A stretch of 64,000 nucleotides of DNA from NCBI GenBank assembly GCA_947427095.1, contig CANEGO010000005.1, positions 15,021 to 79,020 on the forward strand. Direction: 5' to 3'. Position numbers and translations under genes: made by a program. This document shows, one piece after another, positions 1 to 9,768 of this stretch. The DNA is from an uncultured Clostridium sp. (GTDB taxonomy: Bacteria; Bacillota_I; Bacilli_A; RF39; UBA660). Under the pieces are notes generated by a model, which saw nothing but the letters and a program-made list of their open reading frames with translations, did no database searches and was not told where the DNA came from. Position 1 is the first letter of the stretch. The number at the start of each line of letters is the position of its first letter.

Positions 1-350
1 TTAAAACCTCATCTATTGTTCTACTTCCTGCTAAATCGGTCATAAATAATGCTTTAAATATATTTGGCTCTTTATATGCAAATAATGCATACGCATAACT
101 AATAGTAAATAAATAGTCTTTTTTATCCACAAACTTATAAATAAACGCATCATAGTAGTCATGAAGATATTTTTTTAATTTTCCTTTTAGCCCATCCATA
201 CTTCCAAAATTTTTAAATAATGGTTGTGTTGAACATCCAATGTATTTGCATAGTTCCCTAGCATTAAGTAATTGAATACCTTTATTTTTTATAAAGTCTG
301 CTGATTTTTCTAAAATTACTTTTTCATCAAAAACAGTCCTTCTTGCCATA
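1..350 (-). CDS. TetR/AcrR family transcriptional regulator (partial; N-terminal ~116 aa in window, C-terminus beyond window edge)
   Basis: Minus-strand ATG at 350 gives MARRTVFDEKVILEKSADFIKNKGIQLLNARELCKYIGCSTQPLFKNFGS..., a typical TetR N-terminal HTH. The frame stays open to position 1. Confidence 0.6.
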
Positions 351-371
351 AAATCATCCTTTCCAAATATT

Positions 372-389
372 AAATAACAGTTGTTATTT
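372..389. promoter_or_regulatory. Near-perfect palindrome AAATAACAG/TTGTTATTT 22 nt upstream of the TetR start; candidate TetR operator
   Basis: 8-bp perfect inverted arms read directly in the sequence. TetR operators are typically palindromes overlapping the regulator's own promoter. Confidence 0.4.
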
Positions 390-901
390 AATTATAAGTG
401 TTTATATAAGAAATGTCAATACAAAAAAGAAAACTATGTCGAAACATGGTTTTCTTATACATTTGTTGGTAGTAATCATTTATTATTCGCTCCACCCGTA
501 AGCGAATATATCTGTTTTTCTATCAATAATATACATTAGTTTTAAATGGAAATCAGGAGTTTAAAGAAAACATTGAAAATGTAAAAAAGAAAAGTCTGTC
601 TAATTTTCATTATTTATTACAATCATAGCAACACATTGCTCAGTAAATACCCTAATTGAATACCTTCTTTCTCCGTGAGAACTTGAGGTCGAGATTTTCG
701 ACTTCAAAATTTCTAAATCGTAATTATCTAATAACCGACTAAATCTTTTAGGAAATTTTTCTGAATTATTCTTTACGGCCTCATTAATTTTTTACTAAAC
801 CTCTTTCAGCTACCAAATGATACTTTCGCACAAAAAGTTGATTATTTAGCATAAGCTTATATGGTTTAAATTATTCAATGATTTTCTATTTTTTAATAAG
901 T

Positions 902-1267
902 TTATTTTTTTCTTCTTGTTTGAATAGCAAAATATGTTTGAGCAAGAGCAATAACCGACTTTCTACTATCCCCATTTTGAGCAATTAAGTAGCAAGCATA
1001 TCTAGATAGCTTATAATCTTTCTGTTTTCTATATGCTCGCGAACCAATTGCTACCATTTTACTAGCATCAATAAAATGGTAGGTAGCATTAAAATCACTA
1101 TTTTCACAGGCTGTAATTGACTTATTAATTATTTTTTCAAAATTTTGCCAATTTGAATATTGTAATATAGGCATTAACTCTCTTGCTAACCAATACTCAT
1201 TACCATACTCATCAATATGTTTAATACTATGAAATACCATATCATTATGTAATTCTAACTTACTCAT
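902..1267 (-). CDS. DinD-like (DNA-damage-inducible protein D / Bro-N-like) protein; track ORF extends to 1351
   Basis: C-terminal motif LSRYACYLIAQNGDSRKSVIALAQTYFAIQTRRKK and YWLARELMPILQY resemble the E. coli DinD N-terminal region as recalled from memory. Start placed at the internal ATG (1267) because GGAGA lies 8 nt upstream; the 1351 start has no usable SD. Confidence 0.5.
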   Translation of the reverse strand: MSKLELHNDMVFHSIKHIDEYGNEYWLARELMPILQYSNWQNFEKIINKSITACENSDFNATYHFIDASKMVAIGSRAYRKQKDYKLSRYACYLIAQNGDSRKSVIALAQTYFAIQTRRKK

Positions 1268-1573
1268 TTTTAATATCTCCATCCTTATTAGTTTTATATT
1301 AAATTCATAAATTGTGTTTTTTGTTTCATTTGACAACAAATATCTCGGCATCTAACATAATTTGTTTCTCCATTATTTAACATATTAAATTTTCTTTTTT
1401 TCTTCTATTTCATACATAGTATCACTTATTTGATAAAGATTATTGTTTTGTTATAAATATTTATTAAATGAAAAAACCTAATTTACATAAAGTAAAATTA
1501 GGTTTTGAATGACCTAGAGCTTCTAAAGTTTTCTAAGCACCACTCATTTATATTATACTTTTAATTTGTTATT

Positions 1574-2455
1574 TTATACATTAGGATAACCCATTATTCT
1601 TAATATATCATTTATATTTATAGATTCTAATTTACTACTCAGCTTTTTTATTTCATTATTTATAGAATTAATTAATTCATTATACATCTCATAATTTAAA
1701 ATTAATTTTAGTGTTCTTAATATCATATATAGATTTGTTGAATTACCACTTACTAAATAATTTTTATCAATCACTTTAAAACCTAGTGTATATTTATCCC
1801 TAAAACAGAAAAGCCTATCTGAATGAGCTGCTATATTGCGAATACTTGTTAAATTTTTTAATATCTGTTTCAGTAATTTATCAGATATTTTAAAATATTT
1901 AGCAATCATTTGTCTATCATTTTGTTTTAATAATCCATAATAACTACTTGCAACACCAAAAGTTAAAATTTTCATTAATACAAATGGTGGTACATATCCA
2001 TATTTATCTTTATAGTGCGTTATTGCTGAATGAACTTTATAATTATGATCTATTTCATCATTGATTCTATTAATTAAATTTTCTTTTATTTTTATATTAA
2101 CCTTACTATCCAAATTATTTATATTTAAATAATCTTGTAAACCATATACTTTAGAAATTTGGTTAGCCATTAAAGACTTAATTATTGTTTCTATTTCTAA
2201 AGCATATTTTAAAATTATATATTTTAAATTTTTATCAAAATCATATAAAGCATATATTTCATCAAAAGTAACATTAGGTAGATAATTACCATTTCTATCT
2301 TTAAAATTATATTTATAGCTATTTACTATGGAATAATAAGTATATTTTTCAATTTTGTTAATTGCATCTTGTTTATCTTTAACAATTACATTTTTAGATA
2401 CCAAATATTCAATTAATTGTTCATTACTCTTATATTCTTTCATTAAATCCCCCAA
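1574..2455 (-). CDS. Abi_2 family (AbiD/AbiF-like) abortive-infection protein
   Basis: 293-aa ORF with Abi_2-like features (FG..L hydrophobic core, RNIAAHSDRLF motif). GGGGGA SD lies 4 nt before the ATG. Family call rests on remembered motif patterns. Confidence 0.55.
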   Translation of the reverse strand: MGDLMKEYKSNEQLIEYLVSKNVIVKDKQDAINKIEKYTYYSIVNSYKYNFKDRNGNYLPNVTFDEIYALYDFDKNLKYIILKYALEIETIIKSLMANQISKVYGLQDYLNINNLDSKVNIKIKENLINRINDEIDHNYKVHSAITHYKDKYGYVPPFVLMKILTFGVASSYYGLLKQNDRQMIAKYFKISDKLLKQILKNLTSIRNIAAHSDRLFCFRDKYTLGFKVIDKNYLVSGNSTNLYMILRTLKLILNYEMYNELINSINNEIKKLSSKLESININDILRIMGYPNV

Positions 2456-2464
2456 TAGATAAAA

Positions 2465-2503
2465 AATGACCAGGGGCTTCTAAAGTTTCCCTGGCACTAC
2501 TCA
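2465..2503 (-). terminator. Hairpin GCCAGGG-loop-CCCUGG followed by U7 on the minus strand; terminator of the gatCAB operon and/or attenuator in the abi leader
   Basis: Minus strand reads GCCAGGGAAACUUUAGAAGCCCCUGGUCAUUUUUU. It lies downstream of the gatB stop and downstream of a TTGACA-17-TATATT promoter (2510-2538). Confidence 0.6.
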
Positions 2504-2567
2504 ATATGTAATATATCAATTTTTTATATTACTGTCAATAATTTATAATCTAAAATTTCAAAATCTG

Positions 2568-3992
2568 CTATTTATTATAATTAGCAAGTTCTTCTCTTAG
2601 CATTTCCATCGTTTTAGCTGGATTTGCTTTACCACGAGTCTTTTTCATAACCTGTCCAACAAAGAAATCTATCATTCTTGTTTTTTCAGGATTATATTCT
2701 CTTGCTTGTTCATCATTTTCTTTTAATACTTCCATAACAACATCATGAATAGCAGCGTCATCAGTTATTTGCATCATACCTTTTTCCTTAACGATAACGT
2801 TAGGTTCTTTACCTGATTCTATCATATCTTCAAATACTTCTTTAGCTTGTTTTGAGGATATTGTTTTGCTATCAACTAAATCAATTAACGCTTTTATCAT
2901 AGCTGGCTTAACAGGTACATCTTCTATTTTCATTTCATTAGTGTTTAAGTATCCCATAAGCATACCAGTAACCCAGTTACAAGCTTTTTTAGGATCAGCA
3001 CCTAACTCAACACATTCGTTAAAGAAGTCTGAGTTTTCTTTAACTTTAACTAATACTTCTGCATCATACTTAGAAAGTTCATATTCATCCATGTACTTTC
3101 TTACTCTATCTAATTGAAGCATAGGAATTGTTTTTCTAATTTCTTCTAACATTTCGTCAGTTACATCAGTTGGTGCAATGTTTGGTTCGATAAAGTATTT
3201 ATAATCAACTGCATCAGCTTTATCTCTCATCTTGAAAGTCTCTCCAGTTTCATCATCAAAACGTCTTGTTTCTTGTTCTACTTTACCACCATTTTGAAGA
3301 ATTTCAGTTTGTCTTTCAATTTCATAATCAATTGCACGACCAACGTTATAAAATGAGTTAATGTTTTTCATTTCAACTTTAGTACCTAACTTCTCAGAGT
3401 CTGAAATTGATACGTTAACGTCACATCTCATTTGACCTCTATCACTTCTAGCTTCTGATACACCACAGTAAACGATTAATGAACGATATGTCTCTAAGAA
3501 AGTTAAAGCTTCTTCTTTAGAATGTAAACAAGGCTCTGTTACTGTTTCTAAAAGTGGAACACATGCTCTGTTATAATCTATTAAAGAATATGTATCATAG
3601 TGATCAAGGGACGCTGTATCTTCTTCTAAGTGAGTATCATGAATATCTACTCTTTTAATCTCACCATCCACATCAATATCTACATAACCATTTATACCAA
3701 CTGGTTTAGTCATTTGTGTTATTTGGTATCCCTTTGGTAAATCTGGATAGTAATAGTTTTTTCTATCAAAGATTATTTCATCAGGAGTTGTACAATTCAT
3801 TGCCATAGATACCTTTAAAGCTCTTTTAACAGCTTCTTCATTTGCTACTGGTAAGATACCTGGAAAACCTAAATCTTGGTATGCTACGTGTGAGTTTGGC
3901 GCTTCTGTATATCCATTTATAGCAGGAGAAAATACTTTTGAGTTTGATTCTAATTCACAGTGAACTTCTAGTCCAATTGTTACTTTATACAT
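2568..3992 (-). CDS. gatB: Asp-tRNA(Asn)/Glu-tRNA(Gln) amidotransferase subunit B
   Basis: 474-aa ORF beginning MYKVTIGLEVHCEL, with a GatB-like C-terminal domain. Confidence 0.95.
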   Translation of the reverse strand: MYKVTIGLEVHCELESNSKVFSPAINGYTEAPNSHVAYQDLGFPGILPVANEEAVKRALKVSMAMNCTTPDEIIFDRKNYYYPDLPKGYQITQMTKPVGINGYVDIDVDGEIKRVDIHDTHLEEDTASLDHYDTYSLIDYNRACVPLLETVTEPCLHSKEEALTFLETYRSLIVYCGVSEARSDRGQMRCDVNVSISDSEKLGTKVEMKNINSFYNVGRAIDYEIERQTEILQNGGKVEQETRRFDDETGETFKMRDKADAVDYKYFIEPNIAPTDVTDEMLEEIRKTIPMLQLDRVRKYMDEYELSKYDAEVLVKVKENSDFFNECVELGADPKKACNWVTGMLMGYLNTNEMKIEDVPVKPAMIKALIDLVDSKTISSKQAKEVFEDMIESGKEPNVIVKEKGMMQITDDAAIHDVVMEVLKENDEQAREYNPEKTRMIDFFVGQVMKKTRGKANPAKTMEMLREELANYNK

Positions 3993-3993
3993 A

Positions 3994-5433
3994 TTACTTT
4001 TCCTCCCTTACGTTAAGTGGTACAAAACCAATTTTTTCTTCTAATGCTGCAGCCATGTTAATAACTGTGCTATCGGTTTTTATTGGACCGGATATGTTAA
4101 TTGCAACTGGCATACCTTCTACCATTCCAGATGGAATTGAAATTGAAGGAAAACCACCAAAGTTAGAAATTACCATGTTTTCTGCAAATAGCAAATAGTT
4201 ATCTGACATAACGTCACTAGTTTCTCCAAAATGTGGAGCGATAGTGTTAGTATTTGGCATAATGCATCCATCGTATTTTTCAAATAACTCATTCATTTTA
4301 TCAACGATTAATCTTCTAATTCTCCCGGCGTTCTTAAATAGCTTTTCTTGGTTTTCTTTTTGAAGAATAAATGACCCTAAAACAAATCTTCTTCTAATCA
4401 ATTCTGAGAAACCTTCGGTTCTAGTATTAATCATAACCTCAGCCGGAGTAGACCCACCTTTTCTATTTCCAAAAGGAATACCAGTAAGGTTCGAGTTATT
4501 ACTAGTTGCTTCAGCACAAGAAATTGCCATATAAGAAGGATATAAACTTCTTAAAATATTTTCATCTATACTTTCTTCTACAACTTCCATACCACATTCT
4601 TTAGCATATTCTATAATTTTCATAAAGTTATCATAAAACTCTGGAGTATTTTTTAACTCATCGTTTAACTCTTTAATGTAGAATAATTTCTTTCCTTTAA
4701 CGTCAGTAGTATAACTATCTACTAAGTTAATGTTAGATGAATCTATTGATGTCATATCTCTTTCATCTATTCCTTTAATTGCATCAATTACGTATGCAAC
4801 ATCTTTTACTTTTCTTGTAAAACATCCTACGTGGTCCATACTAGATGCAAAGGCAAATAATCCCCATCTAGATACTAAACCGTACGTTGGTTTATATCCT
4901 ACAACACCACAGTATCCAGCAGGTTTACGAATAGAGTCCCCTGTATCAGTACCTAGTGCGTAAGGTACGATTCCTTTTGCTACTGCTGCGGCAGATCCAG
5001 CAGAAGATCCAGCTGTTTGTCTTGTAATATCCCATGGGTTTCTTACAACACCAGTATGACCAGTAGTTCCTGTTCCACCCATTCCAAGTTCATCCATAAC
5101 GGTTTTACCCATCATAACAGCACCAGATTCTTTTAACTTTTCAATACAAGTTGCATCAAATACTGGAACATAATCAGCTAAAATGTTTGATGATGCGGTA
5201 GTTAAAACTCCCTTAGTTGATAAGTTATCTTTAATAGCACATGGAATACCAGATAATACGTTATCAGTTATTTCTTCTTCCTTAGCATCATCTAAGATAG
5301 TTACGAAGCTATTTAGCTCTTCTTGCGAAGCGTGAGCTCTTTCTAACGCTTCTTTAGTCAATTCTCTACTAGTTACCTTACCTTCTTTTAAGGCTGCATG
5401 TATTTCTTCTAAACTTTTATCTAAATAACTCAT
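3994..5433 (-). CDS. gatA: Asp-tRNA(Asn)/Glu-tRNA(Gln) amidotransferase subunit A (amidase family)
   Basis: 479-aa amidase-signature protein (GGSSGGSAAAVA, Ser-cisSer-Lys context) immediately between gatC and gatB. Confidence 0.95.
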   Translation of the reverse strand: MSYLDKSLEEIHAALKEGKVTSRELTKEALERAHASQEELNSFVTILDDAKEEEITDNVLSGIPCAIKDNLSTKGVLTTASSNILADYVPVFDATCIEKLKESGAVMMGKTVMDELGMGGTGTTGHTGVVRNPWDITRQTAGSSAGSAAAVAKGIVPYALGTDTGDSIRKPAGYCGVVGYKPTYGLVSRWGLFAFASSMDHVGCFTRKVKDVAYVIDAIKGIDERDMTSIDSSNINLVDSYTTDVKGKKLFYIKELNDELKNTPEFYDNFMKIIEYAKECGMEVVEESIDENILRSLYPSYMAISCAEATSNNSNLTGIPFGNRKGGSTPAEVMINTRTEGFSELIRRRFVLGSFILQKENQEKLFKNAGRIRRLIVDKMNELFEKYDGCIMPNTNTIAPHFGETSDVMSDNYLLFAENMVISNFGGFPSISIPSGMVEGMPVAINISGPIKTDSTVINMAAALEEKIGFVPLNVREEK

Positions 5434-5738
5434 TATTCTTCACCTCCAACTACTTTTGGAACTTTAACTTCATCATAGATTGTTTCATGTGCGTTTTTAA
5501 CTGCATCTTCAGTAGTTAAAGTACTTGTGGCTTCATCTTTTCTTAATTTAGCATCCTTATTTCTAAATGGAAAAGTCATAGGTTCTACCTTTTCTATTCC
5601 TTCTATTTTTCCAATTAAGTCCATTTGTTTTATTATTGTTTCAAACTCTTTTTCAAAAGTATCAAACTCTTCATCTTTCATCTTAAACATTAATTTTAAT
5701 GCATAATCTTGAATGTTTTCTCTTGTTATTTTTTGCAT
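5433..5738 (-). CDS. gatC: Asp-tRNA(Asn)/Glu-tRNA(Gln) amidotransferase subunit C
   Basis: 101-aa ORF overlapping the gatA start by 1 nt, in the canonical gatCAB order. Confidence 0.85.
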   Translation of the reverse strand: MQKITRENIQDYALKLMFKMKDEEFDTFEKEFETIIKQMDLIGKIEGIEKVEPMTFPFRNKDAKLRKDEATSTLTTEDAVKNAHETIYDEVKVPKVVGGEE

Positions 5739-5753
5739 CCTTTATCCTCCTTT

Positions 5754-6449
5754 TTAATTACTTTGATTTCTTTCTATAATTATATCACTAACCGTTAAAT
5801 TTATATTATTAAATACGTTACTAATAATAACTTCTGCAACATCATCTGGATTCATAAACGTATGTTGCTTTTCTAATGAAACATAATCCCTACTATTTTT
5901 ATAGAAGTTAGTATTTATTCCACCTGGATATACGCCTATTACTTTTACGCTGGTTCCTTTATAGGCTACTTTTAAGCTTTCTGTATAACCTTTTTCTCCC
6001 CATTTAGTTGCACAATAAACACTTTCACCTTTATTTCCTCTTAAGGCAGCAGAACTCATTACATTAGCTATTCTTATATTTTCTTCTTTTATTTTAAGTA
6101 AATTACCAGTAAGCATAATCATTCCATATAGACCTTTAAAACAAGTATCTATATCTTTTTTTACATAGTCCTTAGGTAATTTAAATGATGGTTCTCCGGC
6201 ATTATTAATAAGGCCAATTATATTCCCTTTTTTATTTATATCATTTACAGTATTAATAATAAATTCTTCATCTGATATATCACCATTATAAACATAAACT
6301 TTATCTATATAAGTATTTTTTAATTCATTCGAGGCCTCTTTATCTTGATCAATTACACATACATAATAACCTTGATTAATTAGCTTCTTAGTTAATGATA
6401 AACCTAATCCGTTAGCTCCACCACTAACTATTACTATATCTTTGTTCAT
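5754..6449 (-). CDS. SDR family NAD(P)-dependent oxidoreductase
   Basis: N-terminal VSGGANGLG glycine motif and catalytic Y-x3-K (YCATK). Confidence 0.8.
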   Translation of the reverse strand: MNKDIVIVSGGANGLGLSLTKKLINQGYYVCVIDQDKEASNELKNTYIDKVYVYNGDISDEEFIINTVNDINKKGNIIGLINNAGEPSFKLPKDYVKKDIDTCFKGLYGMIMLTGNLLKIKEENIRIANVMSSAALRGNKGESVYCATKWGEKGYTESLKVAYKGTSVKVIGVYPGGINTNFYKNSRDYVSLEKQHTFMNPDDVAEVIISNVFNNINLTVSDIIIERNQSN

Positions 6450-6451
6450 AG

Positions 6452-7285
6452 CTATACCTCTATTTCTTCCATGTCATCTGGAACAATTACGTTTCCATTA
6501 AAATATTTTTTCCCTTCAGCCTCATATAATTTTTTTCTATCATTACCATGATTTTCCTGCGTATGAAATAGAATTAAATTTTTTACGTTTAAATTATTCA
6601 TAATATCACAAGCATGTTTTACTGTTGAATGCTGTTTTTCATAAGCATGAAATATGTTTTCTTCTGATTCTAAGCACATTGCCTCATGCATAACATAATC
6701 AGAATCTTTTACAATATTATTTAATTCTGGATTCAAAGTAACATCTCCTAAAAAAGTTAACGTTTTATTATTTATTACACACTTAAACCCATACAATTTT
6801 ACCGATTTATTCCTAACATCAAAAAAAGTATATTTAATTCCATTTATTTCAACAACTTCATTGTTTTCTAAAATGTGAAAATTAACATTATCATGTATTA
6901 AATTTACTAATTTTTTCGGTAATACTTGATTTGATACCTCATTTATTGCAGTGTATACAACATCATTACAATATACATTAATATCTTTTTTTATTTCATC
7001 GTGCATTGCCATTACACCAATTTTTTTAAACATCCATATAAGACCTAAAATATGATCAGTATGAGCATGAGAAATAAATATATGATTTATATCACTTAGT
7101 GATATATTAAGGTTATTCAACCTTTTTCTTATTTCAATACTACCACCGGTATCAACTAAAAAATTACCACTATCATTTTTTATAAGAAAGCATGTATTAT
7201 ATAAGTCCATAGTACCACCAGCACCAGTACCCAACATAATAATTTTATTCATAATTTTCTCCTGTAGTTTCCTATTATTCACCAA
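6452..7285 (-). CDS. MBL-fold metallo-hydrolase
   Basis: HAHTDH metallo-beta-lactamase motif; tightly linked to its neighbours. Confidence 0.75.
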   Translation of the reverse strand: MVNNRKLQEKIMNKIIMLGTGAGGTMDLYNTCFLIKNDSGNFLVDTGGSIEIRKRLNNLNISLSDINHIFISHAHTDHILGLIWMFKKIGVMAMHDEIKKDINVYCNDVVYTAINEVSNQVLPKKLVNLIHDNVNFHILENNEVVEINGIKYTFFDVRNKSVKLYGFKCVINNKTLTFLGDVTLNPELNNIVKDSDYVMHEAMCLESEENIFHAYEKQHSTVKHACDIMNNLNVKNLILFHTQENHGNDRKKLYEAEGKKYFNGNVIVPDDMEEIEV

Positions 7286-7850
7286 TATATCCTAAAATTT
7301 CGTCAAACTGCTTTGAATATTCTTCATAATATTTTTCTAAATCCTCTTTGGCCTTTGGTAAAGATAATATATTATATTTTTCGTTTAATTTATATTTTAA
7401 TTGTGTTACTTGCTCTTTAAAGTCACTAGTTCTTTTAGCTAAAACACCAGCATATGTAAATACACCAACTGGATGAATAAATCTATAACAATCAGCATTA
7501 GCACATACTTCTGCTTCCGTACATGTAAAAGGTATTTTACCATGGTGGGCTTCTATACAATTTATTAACTTATCTTTCTCTTCTTTAGTTAAATCATATT
7601 CTTCAAGGAATTCTTTAGCAAAATCTGAAGCCATTTTAACGTGTTCTGAAGCTTTATTTAACTTGTGAGCTTCTCCTAGTTTTATATCCATCAAACAAAC
7701 TCCTATTGTTACAAAATCTTCATCAACATTATACTCTTTTGCTAACATCCTTCCTTTTACTAACGAAATATCAAGATGATTCTTTACTGGTGGCGTATTT
7801 TCACTTGCCATTTTTAATACATCTTCTAATAATTGTTCTTTATTTTTCAT
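7275..7850 (-). CDS. HD-domain phosphohydrolase-like protein
   Basis: H...HD-type motifs (EAHHGK). AGGAGG SD upstream of the start. Confidence 0.65.
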   Translation of the reverse strand: MKNKEQLLEDVLKMASENTPPVKNHLDISLVKGRMLAKEYNVDEDFVTIGVCLMDIKLGEAHKLNKASEHVKMASDFAKEFLEEYDLTKEEKDKLINCIEAHHGKIPFTCTEAEVCANADCYRFIHPVGVFTYAGVLAKRTSDFKEQVTQLKYKLNEKYNILSLPKAKEDLEKYYEEYSKQFDEILGYIGE

Positions 7851-7890
7851 ATAGTCCTCCTATTTATAAAAAACATAATTTACAATATCA

Positions 7891-8307
7891 CTATATTTTT
7901 TCTACTCTTATTGGTTGTGATCCTTCAGAACATAGTTTAGCAGCTTCAATAGCAAATTCTGATAAGCCTTCTGTTATCATTCCTATTGCAGCACCGTTTT
8001 GAAAACCAGTTGGACCAAAACACCATCCTCTATCGTACCATAAGTCAAAACCTACATCATTTCCTCCTAAAGGCATAATAATTATTTCACCAATTGATGG
8101 TAAGCAAGTTTCATTTTCATGTTCGTATTTAGGAAAATTTGAAAGTTTTGTCCATATTTCGCTTCCGGCCCATTTTGCATGCAATGCATCTTGTTCAAAT
8201 GGTAATACCTTAAGTAAGCTATCAATTACAGTTGGACATTTATCATCACGTAATTCAGCAACAACGCTTACTCCACTCTTAACTAATGTTATTTTTATTT
8301 TTGTCAT
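7891..8307 (-). CDS. Hypothetical protein, possibly DUF3830/cyclophilin-like (start moved to the internal ATG with a GAAGGAGA SD)
   Basis: The track ORF 7891..8367 has a better start at MTKIKITL: GAAGGAGA lies 8 nt upstream. Family assignment is from memory only. Confidence 0.45.
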   Translation of the reverse strand: MTKIKITLVKSGVSVVAELRDDKCPTVIDSLLKVLPFEQDALHAKWAGSEIWTKLSNFPKYEHENETCLPSIGEIIIMPLGGNDVGFDLWYDRGWCFGPTGFQNGAAIGMITEGLSEFAIEAAKLCSEGSQPIRVEKI

Positions 8308-8338
8308 AAAAATATCTCCTTCAATTTTATTTTTATAT

Positions 8339-9385
8339 CTAAAAAGGTAATTTACCTTGATATACATATATCCAAGAATAATTATTACTTATATTAGTAA
8401 GCTTATTATTTAATTTAACTTTAACTAATTTATCTTTTATTTGATTGCATTGTTTTCTTGAAATAATTTTTTCAATTATTCTATCTTCTCTTATTTCTAA
8501 AATTCCCATACCAGCCCAGAAATCTACCATCGAAGATTTATTAGATGCTAAGTGAAGCCATGCCTCTCCTCCAGCTCCTAATCCAAATGAACCAAGTAAA
8601 GGTATTAAGTTTTCTTTTTCAAAATATTCTTTACCTCGTAATTCATAATCCATATCTAAAAATGCTTCATTCAGAATCCTCGAGTTATAAATAAACTTAT
8701 TTTTTTCTTCTTCACTAATATTAGTTAAATCTTCTTTGCCATTCCACATTATATTAGTTTCAGCTCTTTTTAATCTAATTTTCTTTTCTTCTTCGTCAAG
8801 TAACGAAAATCTTTTTTCTACTTCTTTTTTATAATCTTTCATTTTAGATAATAGTTCTTCTTTATCATAAAAGTCTCTTGCTAATACAAGACTTAAATTA
8901 ATTGGATAATTATTATTTTCATTAATATATGAAATTATTTTTTTAAATGTATTATTATATTTATCCATCCCATCTTGAGGTGTATTATTCATGTAAGTTA
9001 ATGCTACTTCTTCAGATTCAAACTCAATGTTAACCCCATTATTATAAGTCATGGCTATTGGTAAAACGTATTCTATTAAATACTTTATTGTAAATATTTC
9101 TGCCCAATCAGGTTCAGGATACGTAGGGCTCCAAAAATGCTTATATCCACCAAAGCAGTAACAGAATAAGAAGGCTAAGTTATTATTTAAAATATTATCA
9201 ACTTTTTCTTCTGTATACTTTTTAGCTTCTTCAAATTGTGCTTTACGAGACCATTTTCTAGAAAATAATCTATTTAAAACCTTTTGCTTATAATTATTTC
9301 CTATTAACTCTCCTAATTTAATATTATTAAAATCTAAAAGTTCATTATTTACATAATCATTTACCATTTTTTCTAAGTCTTGCAT
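8339..9385 (-). CDS. Hypothetical protein (348 aa), no family recognised
   Basis: Long ORF with an AAGGTGA SD, inside the tightly packed minus-strand gene run. Confidence 0.6.
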   Translation of the reverse strand: MQDLEKMVNDYVNNELLDFNNIKLGELIGNNYKQKVLNRLFSRKWSRKAQFEEAKKYTEEKVDNILNNNLAFLFCYCFGGYKHFWSPTYPEPDWAEIFTIKYLIEYVLPIAMTYNNGVNIEFESEEVALTYMNNTPQDGMDKYNNTFKKIISYINENNNYPINLSLVLARDFYDKEELLSKMKDYKKEVEKRFSLLDEEEKKIRLKRAETNIMWNGKEDLTNISEEEKNKFIYNSRILNEAFLDMDYELRGKEYFEKENLIPLLGSFGLGAGGEAWLHLASNKSSMVDFWAGMGILEIREDRIIEKIISRKQCNQIKDKLVKVKLNNKLTNISNNYSWIYVYQGKLPF

Positions 9386-9394
9386 TTAATCACC

Positions 9395-9757
9395 TTATTT
9401 CATATCTTCTTCACTAATTAACTTGCATTGTTCTTTATACCAAGCTGGTGTACAAATCATAATTATTTTACAATTACCTTTCCAGTAGTAAACTTCTTCT
9501 TTATCAATTAATAGTAAGTCTCCTTGATTAAATTCAAGATACTCATCTTTTTTATTAAGAAGGCCACTACCTTCTAATATATAAGCTAATTCTTTACACT
9601 TAGTATTACTACAATAACCAGTTTCTGGGTATCTACCGTTTATAGTGTTTATAGCAAAGTCAATATCTTTATCATTTAATTCAACTGAGTATTCTAATAG
9701 TTTGCTAGTATCACTATTGGTAATGTTAACAGCTTTATCTTTTGTTACTATTTTAAT
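9395..9757 (-). CDS. Cupin-domain protein ORF with no canonical start (possible ATT start, or pseudogene); open frame runs 9395..9772
   Basis: 125 stop-free codons ending in TAA at 9395, encoding cupin-like motifs (GRYPETGY...LEGSG...YYWKG). There is no ATG/GTG/TTG in frame. An ATT lies 7 nt after AAGGA, and the frame opens inside the last codons of aspS. Confidence 0.3.
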   Translation of the reverse strand: MKIVTKDKAVNITNSDTSKLLEYSVELNDKDIDFAINTINGRYPETGYCSNTKCKELAYILEGSGLLNKKDEYLEFNQGDLLLIDKEEVYYWKGNCKIIMICTPAWYKEQCKLISEEDMK

Positions 9758-9768
9758 ACAGCTATCCT

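Noticed and set aside
1352-1480. Search for a LexA (Cheo-type GAAC-N4-GTTC) box upstream of the DinD-like gene
   Set aside because: No such motif seen, so SOS control is not supported by this sequence.
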